Positions 16,377 through 25,516 of a stretch of DNA of 38,093 nucleotides are shown in pieces (the first letter of the stretch is position 1; each line of letters begins with the position of its first letter). The notes under the pieces are model-generated. The model did no database searches, was not told the origin of the DNA, and saw only the letters and a program-made list of their open reading frames with translations. The position numbers and the translations under genes are program-made. Source of the DNA: Bacteroidales bacterium (GTDB lineage Bacteria; Bacteroidota; Bacteroidia; Bacteroidales; UBA12077); assembly GCA_021740225.1 (NCBI GenBank), contig JAIPAF010000002.1:1-38093 (forward strand), read 5' to 3'.

Positions 16377-17789
16377 TCAACTGTCATCAATGAGTGATTT
16401 GAGGCGTTCTATTTGTTTTTGTTTGTTTATTTCTCTTAAGTTTAATGCGGTGTGCGTAAAATATTGATGGTGGAATATGAACTGTAATTGCTTTTTGTTC
16501 CATTCATTGATGTCGCCAATTTTATTTTGTTGTTTCAATTCATTATACAATGTATTGGAGACAGGTATAAAGTCACTTCGGCCCAGATAATCCAGATCTG
16601 CGTCGCACATGATTTTTTCAAGCAGATTGTTGGGTTTAGGTGGAATTTTTGTAGCCATAATCAGCTCGCAAATTTTGTCTATTTGTTCCTGGTTGTATTT
16701 AAATTTGGGCAGATATTCCTTGGCAAGTTGAGCACTGTAAAATTCGTGATTGTCATAAGTAATAATATGCCCGGCATCATGAAATAGTGCTGCAGTTTTC
16801 AATAATAAGATGGCCTCGTCATCAACACCTTCTCCATAACCAATCAGTTCAACCTGATTGACTACATCAATGGTGTGTTTTACATTATGGTAGTAAAGGT
16901 ATGACGGAAGTTCTTTTTCCAGTTTATCCAGAATAACTTCCTGCAGGTCCGTGAATTGTCTGAGTAGGTATGTATTCAGGAATATCTGATTGGGATATCT
17001 TCCAATTTTCTTGTTTACTGCATAAGCGGGTTTTATTTTTTTTACCCTCAATATTTCCATATTGCCTTTATATTTTACTGGTATTTTACCGTTAAAATCA
17101 CAATTAAAGTATTGTTTAATCAACTCATAGGTCATGATGGATACGTTTACCTCCCCGTATTCGCTTGCCGAGGCTATTCTGGTTGCGATATGCACGGTGG
17201 CACCTTTCAAATCATAGGAAGGCTTTTTCCTTCCGCGAAGATCGGCAGTCACCGGTCCCGTATGAATCCCAATACGAAAATCCCAGAATTCTTTTTCTTG
17301 CCCTTCATATTTTTCTTTTAATTTCATCATATAATCTTGCATTTCCAATGCTGCCAGAACGACATCCACCGGGTTGGTAATATTTTTTTCCGGTATTCCA
17401 CCTGCACACATATAAGCATCGCCAATGGTTTTTATTTTTTCTATTTTATATTTTTTAACTATCTGGTTGAAATGCAGGAATATGTTATCCAATTCATCCA
17501 TAAGGGCAAAGGAATCATCTCGTTGGGCTATTTCTTTAATGTCTTGTAAGTCAGCATAAAGTACTGTCGCCATATCGAATTTGAGAGATTGTGAATTAGA
17601 AAGGTATTGAACTCCTTTAGGAAGATGTTCACGGGGAATTTGAGCTATTATGTTTTCCAGTCGTTTTTTTTCTTTGTAAATTTCATTTTTTTCATTTGTA
17701 AGCGCTTTAACATGGACAGTCAATTCTTTATTTTTCTGAATAAGTTCAGATATCCTGAATAATAGCTGTTTTTTCTTGTTTTTTTTCAT
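16377..17789 (-). CDS. Coiled-coil / class III adenylate-guanylate cyclase / HD-domain phosphohydrolase fusion protein
   Basis: Cyclase motifs VLYADLQD, IKTIGDAYMCAGG, RIGIHTGPV and YDLKGATVHIATR. HD motifs YYHNVKHT, LFHDAGH and CDADLDYLG. The N-terminal ~60 aa are coiled-coil-like. Confidence 0.75.
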   Translation of the reverse strand: MKKNKKKQLLFRISELIQKNKELTVHVKALTNEKNEIYKEKKRLENIIAQIPREHLPKGVQYLSNSQSLKFDMATVLYADLQDIKEIAQRDDSFALMDELDNIFLHFNQIVKKYKIEKIKTIGDAYMCAGGIPEKNITNPVDVVLAALEMQDYMMKLKEKYEGQEKEFWDFRIGIHTGPVTADLRGRKKPSYDLKGATVHIATRIASASEYGEVNVSIMTYELIKQYFNCDFNGKIPVKYKGNMEILRVKKIKPAYAVNKKIGRYPNQIFLNTYLLRQFTDLQEVILDKLEKELPSYLYYHNVKHTIDVVNQVELIGYGEGVDDEAILLLKTAALFHDAGHIITYDNHEFYSAQLAKEYLPKFKYNQEQIDKICELIMATKIPPKPNNLLEKIMCDADLDYLGRSDFIPVSNTLYNELKQQNKIGDINEWNKKQLQFIFHHQYFTHTALNLREINKQKQIERLKSLIDDS

Positions 17790-17818
17790 TTTTCAGGACT
17801 TCTTTTTTTGCCTAACGA

Positions 17819-17868
17819 AACCCGCATGCAGTAACCTTCACAACAAGAACATGATTAACATGCGGGTT
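17819..17868. promoter_or_regulatory. Hairpin/palindrome in the divergent intergenic region upstream of the cyclase gene
   Basis: 10-bp GC-rich stem AACCCGCATG/CATGCGGGTT with a 30-nt loop. There is no flanking T- or A-run, so it is unlikely to be a terminator. Confidence 0.35.
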
Positions 17869-18029
17869 CCATGGTGATACAAGCAGAATTTTTGAAGTTG
17901 GTACATAAATTAATTTGAAATTCAAACTTTTAATAAACTGTTAAACGAATGAAATAATTTGATTTAAAGTTATAAAATTATTTGGGAAATAATTTATCGG
18001 TTGTTAAATTGATCATCTTAATTTGAAGG

Positions 18030-19961
18030 ATGATATCTTTTACCGGATATAGAATAATTATAGTCTCCCTGGTTTTTTGGGTAATTGTTTTTTCCACCAA
18101 AAACGTTTGTGGACAGGAAAAGGAACAATCAAAGGAACAAAAGGGTGAATTCGTTATTTTTTATTCTGATTCACTTTTTTCAAGTGATTCAATCAGGTTT
18201 AAGATTGACAAGGATGCCTACGAAACGACCGAATCATTTTTTGACACTCTAAAAAATAGAGCGAAGGAAAATTATCTGATCAACAAACTATATAATTTTC
18301 TAATTATAAATGAGAAAAATAATACTAGCCAGAATCAACGTGTTGATGAGTATAGTACCCCCTTTGAACAATATAGCGGAAAGCCGATAAAACATATTTA
18401 TATTCGTCAATTGGACGTATTCGGCAGTTCAATAAGCGATACGGCCCTTGGAACAGATCAATGGTATAAAGAGGTAGGCAACTGGCTACATCTTCCAACA
18501 CATGAATCTATAATAAAAGACAACCTTCTTTTTTCGGCCGGTGATACACTTGATCCTTCTCTTTTGAGGGATAACGCGCGTATACTTAGAGATTTACAAT
18601 ATCTTCAAGATGCCCGTTTAATTGTTCAGCCAAGCGACAGGCAGAGTGATTCGGTTGATGTAGTGGTAATTACACAGGATATTTGGGCTAAGGGCTTTGA
18701 TGTTAATCTGAGAAGTTTTAATTCAGGGGAAATCCAGTTATTTGACAAGAATTTTCTGGGCTTTGGCCATAAAATACAAACCAATGTTCAATTCGATTAT
18801 TTCAAAAATTCTAATCCGGGAATTGAAACATACTACAACTTGAGCAATATCCGGGGTAGTTTTATCAATGGCAGGTTGTATTATTTGAATGCATTTGAAA
18901 CCCAGCGTTATGGATTACAATTCAGCAGAGATTTTTATTCTTATCGTACCCGGATAGCCGGGGGAGGTAAAGTGTATTCGACAAAAACCACAAAAAATAT
19001 CGTCCAGGAAGATACCACTTTCAATCAGGTGAATCTGAATTATATTAATCATGATATGTGGATGAGTTATGCTTTTCCACTGAACTGGGGTGATGATTTT
19101 TTCAGAAATCGAAACCGCCTGATTATATCTGCAAGATATAGAAATGATAGATTCTTTGAGGGTCCCCTTATTACCAAACGCTACAATTACCGGTTTCATA
19201 ATAATCAAATGTGGCTTGGTAAATTCAGCCTTTCAAGGGAAAATTATTATAAAAGCTCTCTGATATATGAATTTGGGCGAACTGAGGATATTCCCGTAGG
19301 GGATTTGATAAGTTATACCTTCGGATGGGAAATGGATGAATTTTTCAGACGTTTTTATTCGGGTCTCAATATCCGTCATGGAGAATATATCAATAATTTC
19401 GGTTATTTTTCCACGGAGATCGGGGCAGGAGGATTTTTATCCGGGAATAACGTGGAACAGGGGATGATACGCTTTCAGGCGAATTATATCAGCAAGTTGC
19501 TCCAAACAGAAAATATGAAGCTGCGACAATTTTTTGAACTGGGTTATTCAGCGGGCTTCAACAGGTTCCCTGAAGAAACTTTGAGGCTGGATAAATTTAG
19601 AGATATTAGAGGCTTCTCTAATGACAATCTTTACGGCAATAAAAAACTGGTGTTCAAATCGGAAACGGTTGGCTTTACCAATATCTACTATTACGGTTTC
19701 CGGCTTGCATTTTATGGATTTTGCGATTTAGGTTTTTTAGGCCCTTCCAAAAAGTTTATTTTTAAAAATCCAGTTCATAGTGGTTTCGGACTGGGTTTGC
19801 GGTTGAGGAATGAAAATTTTGTTTTTAATACTTTTCAGATCAGGCTTGGGTATTATCCTTCCCTTACTCATGAAAACAGCTTTCTGGTCAATCTCTCGGG
19901 TGAGAAAACCTTGAAACCGATGAGATATACCCCTAAACCGCCTCAAGTTATAGATTTTTGA
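18030..19961 (+). CDS. Omp85/BamA-family-like outer-membrane beta-barrel protein (function unknown)
   Basis: N-terminal hydrophobic segment, and an aromatic-rich alternating pattern typical of a C-terminal beta-barrel (GFGLGLRLRNENFVFNTFQIRLGYYP). The family assignment was made by eye only. Confidence 0.5.
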   Translation: MISFTGYRIIIVSLVFWVIVFSTKNVCGQEKEQSKEQKGEFVIFYSDSLFSSDSIRFKIDKDAYETTESFFDTLKNRAKENYLINKLYNFLIINEKNNTSQNQRVDEYSTPFEQYSGKPIKHIYIRQLDVFGSSISDTALGTDQWYKEVGNWLHLPTHESIIKDNLLFSAGDTLDPSLLRDNARILRDLQYLQDARLIVQPSDRQSDSVDVVVITQDIWAKGFDVNLRSFNSGEIQLFDKNFLGFGHKIQTNVQFDYFKNSNPGIETYYNLSNIRGSFINGRLYYLNAFETQRYGLQFSRDFYSYRTRIAGGGKVYSTKTTKNIVQEDTTFNQVNLNYINHDMWMSYAFPLNWGDDFFRNRNRLIISARYRNDRFFEGPLITKRYNYRFHNNQMWLGKFSLSRENYYKSSLIYEFGRTEDIPVGDLISYTFGWEMDEFFRRFYSGLNIRHGEYINNFGYFSTEIGAGGFLSGNNVEQGMIRFQANYISKLLQTENMKLRQFFELGYSAGFNRFPEETLRLDKFRDIRGFSNDNLYGNKKLVFKSETVGFTNIYYYGFRLAFYGFCDLGFLGPSKKFIFKNPVHSGFGLGLRLRNENFVFNTFQIRLGYYPSLTHENSFLVNLSGEKTLKPMRYTPKPPQVIDF

Positions 19962-20045
19962 TTAAATAATCAGATTCACAGTTGGGTTTTGGTCCTATAT
20001 TTCTATTATCTATCCTCCTTTTTTATTTTTGTGGATGGATTGAAA

Positions 20046-21395
20046 ATGAATAAAAAGATGTATCAAAGGTTTCTGGATTTCATTGAAGCAAATAATTTAT
20101 GTCCTTCCAATGCCCGGATTCTTCTTGGCGTTAGCGGTGGAGTGGATTCTATGGTAATGGCCCATCTTTTTATAAAAACGGGTTACCCTGTTGTCATCGC
20201 TCATTGTAATTTTCAGCTCAGAGGTGAGGAATCAGAAAGAGATCAGGAATTTGTTCAATCGTTTGCAGTTAATCATAACCTTACTTTTCATACGAAGCGA
20301 TTCGCCACACAGTCTTTTTCATCTGACAATAAGCTTTCTGTACAAATGGCAGCCAGAAGGTTAAGATATAATTGGTTTAATGAATTAAGGGATAGTTATC
20401 AATATGATGTGATTGCCATAGGGCATAATAAAAATGATTTGGTGGAAACTTTTTTTATTAATATTGCCAGAGGTACGGGTTTGAAAGGTCTAACCGGTAT
20501 AAAACCCAGGAATAATTATATAATCAGACCCCTTTTGTTTGCCACCCGGGAGGAAATATCACGTTTTAGCAAAGAACATAATATCGATTACCGGGAAGAT
20601 TCTTCCAACTTAACTGTGAAGTACAGCAGAAATAAAATCCGGCATCACATCATTCCGGAGTTTTGGCATATCAACCCGCGTTTTCTGGAAACGGTACGGG
20701 AAAATATTGAAAGATTTCAGGATGCGTATACCATATATATGAGGGCCATTGAAGAAAAAACATCCGAGTTGACTTTTCATGAAGGAGCTGACTTATATAT
20801 TGATATTGAGAAGTTGCGAAACCTGGAAGAGAAGTATACTTATCTCTTTGAAATATTAAAACCGTATGGCTTCCCGAAAGAAATTATTCATGAGGTGATC
20901 AATAATTTGGACGCTGAGCCGGGAAAAGAATTCTTCTCATCTACCTATAAGCTGGTTAAGGATCGGCATTATTTAATCGTAACCATTTTGGAAGAGGAAA
21001 CCTCCACGCTTTACTATATCGATGAATGGGTTCGTCAGATTAAAGCTCCCATTCATTTGAAGTTCAATTTGATTGAGGATATTCAGAATTATACCATTCC
21101 CAAAGTTCCCCATCAAATCTCCGTTGATTACGATAAGGTTCAGTTTCCTCTGATCCTTAGGAAATGGAAGAAGGGGGACTATTTTAAACCTTTTGGATTT
21201 GATCATTATAAAAAGCTGAGTGATTTTTTTGTGGATAGGAAATATTCGCTTTTGGATAAGGAGCGGGTTTGGATTCTTGCTTCCGGGGAGAAAATCATCT
21301 GGGTAGTTGGTGACAGATTGGATGATCGTTTTAAAATAGAGCCGAATACCCGGAAGATACTGGAAATTTCCTATGTCAAGGATTCTTTCGGCTGA
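20046..21395 (+). CDS. tilS: tRNA(Ile)-lysidine synthase
   Basis: PP-loop LGVSGGVDSMV and HNKNDLVETF. I prefer the start at ATG 20046 (MNKKMYQRF) over the ORF-track start at 19989. Confidence 0.88.
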   Translation: MNKKMYQRFLDFIEANNLCPSNARILLGVSGGVDSMVMAHLFIKTGYPVVIAHCNFQLRGEESERDQEFVQSFAVNHNLTFHTKRFATQSFSSDNKLSVQMAARRLRYNWFNELRDSYQYDVIAIGHNKNDLVETFFINIARGTGLKGLTGIKPRNNYIIRPLLFATREEISRFSKEHNIDYREDSSNLTVKYSRNKIRHHIIPEFWHINPRFLETVRENIERFQDAYTIYMRAIEEKTSELTFHEGADLYIDIEKLRNLEEKYTYLFEILKPYGFPKEIIHEVINNLDAEPGKEFFSSTYKLVKDRHYLIVTILEEETSTLYYIDEWVRQIKAPIHLKFNLIEDIQNYTIPKVPHQISVDYDKVQFPLILRKWKKGDYFKPFGFDHYKKLSDFFVDRKYSLLDKERVWILASGEKIIWVVGDRLDDRFKIEPNTRKILEISYVKDSFG

Positions 21396-21403
21396 TGAAG
21401 ATA

Positions 21404-22396
21404 TTATTCAAACACCCGGGGAACTTTTTGCTCCTGTAGCATAAGATCGGCAAGAACAAATGCGGTTACGGCTTCTACAATCACAGGCATGCGTAAAGCT
21501 ATACACGCATCATGGCGGCCTTTCACTTCCAGGTCTTCTATCTGATCGGTTTCCAGGTTAAGTGATTTTTGTTTTTTAGGTGTACTTGAAGGGGGTTTTA
21601 CAGCGACCCTGAAAATGATATCGTTCCCATTAGTAATACCCCCGTTTATTCCTCCTGCATGATTGGTTTCTGTTTTACCTTCCTTATTGATAATGGGATC
21701 ATTGTGTTCGCTTCCCAGCATTTCTGAAGCCTGAAAACCTGAGCCGAATTCGATTCCCTTGATAGCAGGTATGGAGAATATGATATGACTGATCAATGAC
21801 TCCACGGAATTAAAAAATGGTTCGCCCAATCCCACCGGCACATTTTCGACTTTGCATTTGATTAATCCTCCAATCGTGTCATTCTTTCTAAGGGCATACT
21901 GAATGGCCTGATCTATATCTTTCATGCCTCCGGCCTCAATAAGCTCTGCATTAACAAAAACGGGAAATATAACTTTTTTGGCAATGACACCGGTTGCCAC
22001 CAACCCGAGAGTAAGTCTGCCGGAAAAATGACCGCTACCCCTGTGATCATTGAAGCCTCCAAACTTATTATAAGCAGTGAAATCTGCATGTCCGGGCCGG
22101 GGTTGCTGGAGAAAATCTTTATAATCTTTCGAGTGGGTGTTTTGATTTCTAAATAATATGGTAAGGGGAGCGCCGGTTGTTCTTTCCTGATAAATTCCGC
22201 TGACAAATTCGGGTCGGTCCAGCTCTTTTCTGGGAGTAGTACCTATTTTTCCACTTTTTCTTCTGGCAAGATCCGTATTGAATTCTTCCATATTTATTTT
22301 TATTCCGGCGGGGCAACCGTCAAGAGTAATGCCTACCAAGTCGCCATGGGATTCTCCGAATATGGATATTTTAAGTATGTTTCCAAAAACATTCAT
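21404..22396 (-). CDS. aroC: Chorismate synthase
   Basis: Motifs IFGESHG, RPGHADF and KGRHDACIALR. At 330 aa it is at the short end for this family. Confidence 0.88.
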   Translation of the reverse strand: MNVFGNILKISIFGESHGDLVGITLDGCPAGIKINMEEFNTDLARRKSGKIGTTPRKELDRPEFVSGIYQERTTGAPLTILFRNQNTHSKDYKDFLQQPRPGHADFTAYNKFGGFNDHRGSGHFSGRLTLGLVATGVIAKKVIFPVFVNAELIEAGGMKDIDQAIQYALRKNDTIGGLIKCKVENVPVGLGEPFFNSVESLISHIIFSIPAIKGIEFGSGFQASEMLGSEHNDPIINKEGKTETNHAGGINGGITNGNDIIFRVAVKPPSSTPKKQKSLNLETDQIEDLEVKGRHDACIALRMPVIVEAVTAFVLADLMLQEQKVPRVFE

Positions 22397-22435
22397 ATAA
22401 ATACGCGTTTACAGAATTTTTTCAAATATATAAAA

Positions 22436-22471
22436 AAAGGTAGAAACGCCATACAGAGCGTTTCTACCTTT
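22436..22471 (-). terminator. Rho-independent terminator after the radical-SAM gene
   Basis: Perfect 14-bp stem AAAGGTAGAAACGC/GCGTTTCTACCTTT with an 8-nt loop. The A-run on the plus strand gives a U-run after the stem on the minus strand. Confidence 0.75.
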
Positions 22472-22497
22472 CTACTGAAATAAATAATTCAAAATGC

Positions 22498-23940
22498 TTA
22501 TTTGCCTGCATTTTGTTTTTCTCTTTCCATGTATTCCTCCTCCCATATGTCCTCGGTTAATTTTTCAAGTTCTTCGTCATATTCAATCAGTTTCCTGTAA
22601 TATTCCTCATCATTAAGCGATTCTTCCGCTTCTTCACTTTCTCCTTTTGCATGGTCGGGGAGGATGTTTCTGCGGAAGTTGTCATAATGATCCCTAATGG
22701 AACAAGGCATCAGCCAGTTATTTGGATTATGGGGATGAGCCTGTCCATATTGTCTGATCCAGTGTCTTCCGTTTTTCATAAAGTTGGAGAACAATGCATC
22801 TACAAGTGATTTTCCATTGTTGTAGAGGTCGTATATATTATCGACATAATAGGGAACAAATACGCAGGGCATGATATTGCCGTTCCAGTCAATGTAGAAG
22901 TAACCGCCTCTTCGTCCGTATGCAATGCATCCGTTCACCAGTACGCCGCTATTCCAGAAATCAGCTACACAATATTGTTTTTCCGAGATGAGGTATTCCC
23001 ATTTTCTGTATAATTCCACGCGTTTTTCGGGAGGAACCATCAGATCAAATGCATGGGTACTTCTGCCAATAGGCATAAGCTGGAATTGCCACATGTATGT
23101 TGCGCCCTGCTGATCGAAATAATAATCGTAGAATTCGTCTGTCATGAGAACGTCCGCATTTTCGCTGGTTGCGGTTACGGAAATTCCAATGGGTACGCCT
23201 GCATTTCTCAGGTTTTCAAAAGCTTCCCGTATTTTCTTATGGGTTCCTTTTCCCCTTCTTGCATCCGTTTCTTTTTCAAAACCTTCTACCGAAATGGCAG
23301 GGGTGACATTACCGGCTTTTCCCAGACGTTCTGCCACCTCAGGTGTGATAAGCGTTCCATTTGTATAAACCAGGAAGAAGATATCATCATATTTTTCAAA
23401 AAGATCAAGCAGGGTTTTTCCTTCGCTCTTGTAGAGGAAAGGTTCCCCTCCGCTGATGGTAACAAAGCGACTGTGAAACTTGTTACGGACTTCATCCATT
23501 ATCTTATCAACCATGTGATAAGGTAATTTTGTACTTGTATGCGGATCTGATGAAGCATAACAGCCGGTGCAGCTTAAGTTGCATGCCTGTGTGGGAGAAA
23601 CTACAATGAAGTTGGGAGGATATTCCCCGTATTGGTCTTTAAACTCCTCCAGCTTCTCACTGTATTTTTGTCTGTTAAGAAACGAATTTTCAACCAGTAC
23701 ATGGATTATTCGTTTAAAGACATTTTTGGAAAAATAGCCTTTTTCTACATTTCTCACTGCGGATTGCAGCATAGAGTTCATGAACTGGTACTTCTTTTTT
23801 TGAACTTTGTGGAGGGTATCCTCATTTTTTTCCACAATAGAGTTGTACAAGTAACTGTCGAGCTTTTTGAGTAAATAATTCCTGCTCATTTTATTATTTA
23901 CAAGCTCATGCAAGACATTGGAAAATATAAAATCTTTCAT
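22498..23940 (-). CDS. Radical SAM enzyme, subfamily unknown (about 110-aa N-terminal extension, Cys-containing twitch/SPASM-like C-domain, acidic tail)
   Basis: VVSPTQACNLSCTGCYAS (CX3CX2C), a GGEPFL SAM-binding motif, and a C-terminal IDWNGNIMPCVF-type motif. An AGGAG sits 7 nt upstream of the ATG. Confidence 0.75.
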   Translation of the reverse strand: MKDFIFSNVLHELVNNKMSRNYLLKKLDSYLYNSIVEKNEDTLHKVQKKKYQFMNSMLQSAVRNVEKGYFSKNVFKRIIHVLVENSFLNRQKYSEKLEEFKDQYGEYPPNFIVVSPTQACNLSCTGCYASSDPHTSTKLPYHMVDKIMDEVRNKFHSRFVTISGGEPFLYKSEGKTLLDLFEKYDDIFFLVYTNGTLITPEVAERLGKAGNVTPAISVEGFEKETDARRGKGTHKKIREAFENLRNAGVPIGISVTATSENADVLMTDEFYDYYFDQQGATYMWQFQLMPIGRSTHAFDLMVPPEKRVELYRKWEYLISEKQYCVADFWNSGVLVNGCIAYGRRGGYFYIDWNGNIMPCVFVPYYVDNIYDLYNNGKSLVDALFSNFMKNGRHWIRQYGQAHPHNPNNWLMPCSIRDHYDNFRRNILPDHAKGESEEAEESLNDEEYYRKLIEYDEELEKLTEDIWEEEYMEREKQNAGK

Positions 23941-24217
23941 AATATATCTCCTTTTTTGTTATTAACAAATTGCATTTTACTTTATACCAAATCTATTAAA
24001 TTTTACGATAAAATGTTAAAAAATATTATGTTAAATTGATAAAAAGATATAAAAAAAATGCCTGCCTTTAAAATAAAATGTATAATCACATAATAGTTAG
24101 GGTTTTAGCTGTATATTGATTTATTTTTATACGTTATAAATAATTTCGGTAAGGGATGCCCCTGCCGGTTATTTTCTTTTCTATTATTTTTGCACGGCAA
24201 ATTTTAATATTTCATTT

Positions 24218-24490
24218 ATGGAAGTTGGAATTATTCTATTGGTGACCGGTATTTTTCTGGGCTACTTGTTGAGAAATCATTCAAGAATTTTGCGCATCGG
24301 TTCGAAATTAACAGATGGTGCTATTTTTCTGCTTCTTTTCTTTTTAGGAGTAACGGTGGGTATGAATGAAAAGATCATTTCGAATTTTCAGAATATCGGC
24401 TTGCAATCGCTTGTCATAACGCTTTTTGCCACTATTGGAAGCATGGCAGTCACTTTTGTTTTTTATAAATTCTTTTTTGATAAGCAATGA
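24218..24490 (+). CDS. LysO/DUF340-family membrane protein, small component
   Basis: 90-aa hydrophobic protein with a 4-nt overlap to the following DUF340-like gene. This pairing is typical of Bacteroidota. Confidence 0.6.
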   Translation: MEVGIILLVTGIFLGYLLRNHSRILRIGSKLTDGAIFLLLFFLGVTVGMNEKIISNFQNIGLQSLVITLFATIGSMAVTFVFYKFFFDKQ

Positions 24491-25086
24491 AGAATACGGT
24501 TATCATTTTATTCTTTTTCGTAGCAGGCTTGCTTTTTGGTATATATGCCTTTTTGCCGGAAGAAATGAGCGGTGATAAGATGACCCGGTATGTGCTTTAC
24601 CTTCTTTTGTTTTTGGTGGGTGTGGGAGTAGGATCCAATAAAAATACACTGAAATTGTTGAAATCGGTTAATCTGAAAATTTTTCTCATTCCATTAACCG
24701 TTATTATAGGTACTTTTTTGGGAACTACTTTCTATTCATTGTTGGATAGTTCGCTAAATTTACGCGAATGTTGGGCAGTGGGAGCGGGCTTTGGATATTA
24801 TAGCCTGTCAAGTGTTTTGATTAAGGAGATAGCAGGAGGAAGCCTGGGAGTTATCGCTTTGTTGTCCAATATTATTAGAGAGATCCTAACCCTGTTACTA
24901 ACGCCTGTTATTGTCCGAATTTTTGGGCGGTACGGACCCATTTCAGCCGGAGGTGCTACATCCATGGATACTACCCTGCCCATCATTACCAAATATATTG
25001 GAACTGAATATGTCGCTTTATCGGTTTTTAGCGGACTTGTTTTAACGCTGCTTGTGCCTTTCATTGTTCCTTTAATCTTGGGATAG
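24487..25086 (+). CDS. LysO-family (DUF340) lysine-exporter-like membrane protein
   Basis: 199-aa polytopic membrane protein with an N-terminal pattern (FFVAGLLFG ... LLLFLVGVGVGSNK) typical of LysO/YbjE-like proteins. Confidence 0.65.
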   Translation: MKNTVIILFFFVAGLLFGIYAFLPEEMSGDKMTRYVLYLLLFLVGVGVGSNKNTLKLLKSVNLKIFLIPLTVIIGTFLGTTFYSLLDSSLNLRECWAVGAGFGYYSLSSVLIKEIAGGSLGVIALLSNIIREILTLLLTPVIVRIFGRYGPISAGGATSMDTTLPIITKYIGTEYVALSVFSGLVLTLLVPFIVPLILG

Positions 25087-25258
25087 AGAAACGGTTACGA
25101 CATCAGTATACCTGATTATTTACCCTTTCAGTGGATTGACGAAAGAAGAATGGAATGACTTAAAAGCATTATTGTCCATTTAAAATATTCAGCAAGGTAA
25201 GATAGGAAAATGAACAATTTAGGTGGTGTTGTTGTTTCAATTAAAAATGCATAGAGCT

Positions 25259-25450
25259 ATGAAAAAGAACATAGGAAAAACAGACAAAGTAATACGCATC
25301 ATTTTGGGTTTGGTTATTGGTGCGGTAGGTATTTATTTTCAGAGCTGGTGGGGTTTATTGGGTTTGATTCCCTTAGTGACTGCTTTTGTGGGTACATGTG
25401 CCCTTTATCTACCATTTGGCATTAGCACTTGCTCCACCAAAACGGAGTAA
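25259..25450 (+). CDS. DUF2892 (YgaP-like) small membrane protein
   Basis: MKKNIGKTDKVIRIILGLVIG ... FVGTCALYLPFGISTC matches the DUF2892 pattern. The ATG at 25259 is preferred. Confidence 0.65.
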   Translation: MKKNIGKTDKVIRIILGLVIGAVGIYFQSWWGLLGLIPLVTAFVGTCALYLPFGISTCSTKTE

Positions 25451-25466
25451 TTCAAACGTTTATTCG

Positions 25467-25516
25467 AAAGCCGGGCTTATGAGAAAACGTCAATCTCAAA
25501 AATCCGGCTTTTTTAA
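25467..25516 (+). terminator. Possible terminator between convergent genes
   Basis: AAAGCCGG/CCGGCTTT stem followed by TTTTTT. The loop is long (29 nt), so this is weak. Confidence 0.3.

Noticed and set aside
22498-23940. The radical SAM enzyme as the hydrogenase maturase HydG or HydE. The size (about 480 aa) is similar and it lies 3 kb from the hyd operon.
   Set aside because: The cluster-motif context (PTQACNLSCTGCY) and the twitch/SPASM-like C-terminus resemble the AslB/MoaA-like branch, not the ThiH/BioB-like HydG/HydE. The gene is separately transcribed on the other strand.
23956-23968. The palindrome TTGTTA-T-TAACAA upstream of the radical SAM gene as a third Rex box.
   Set aside because: The half-sites match, but the spacing is 1 nt instead of 6. 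That is incompatible with the Rex operator geometry, and short AT-rich palindromes are expected by chance. I kept it only as a note under the radical SAM finding.
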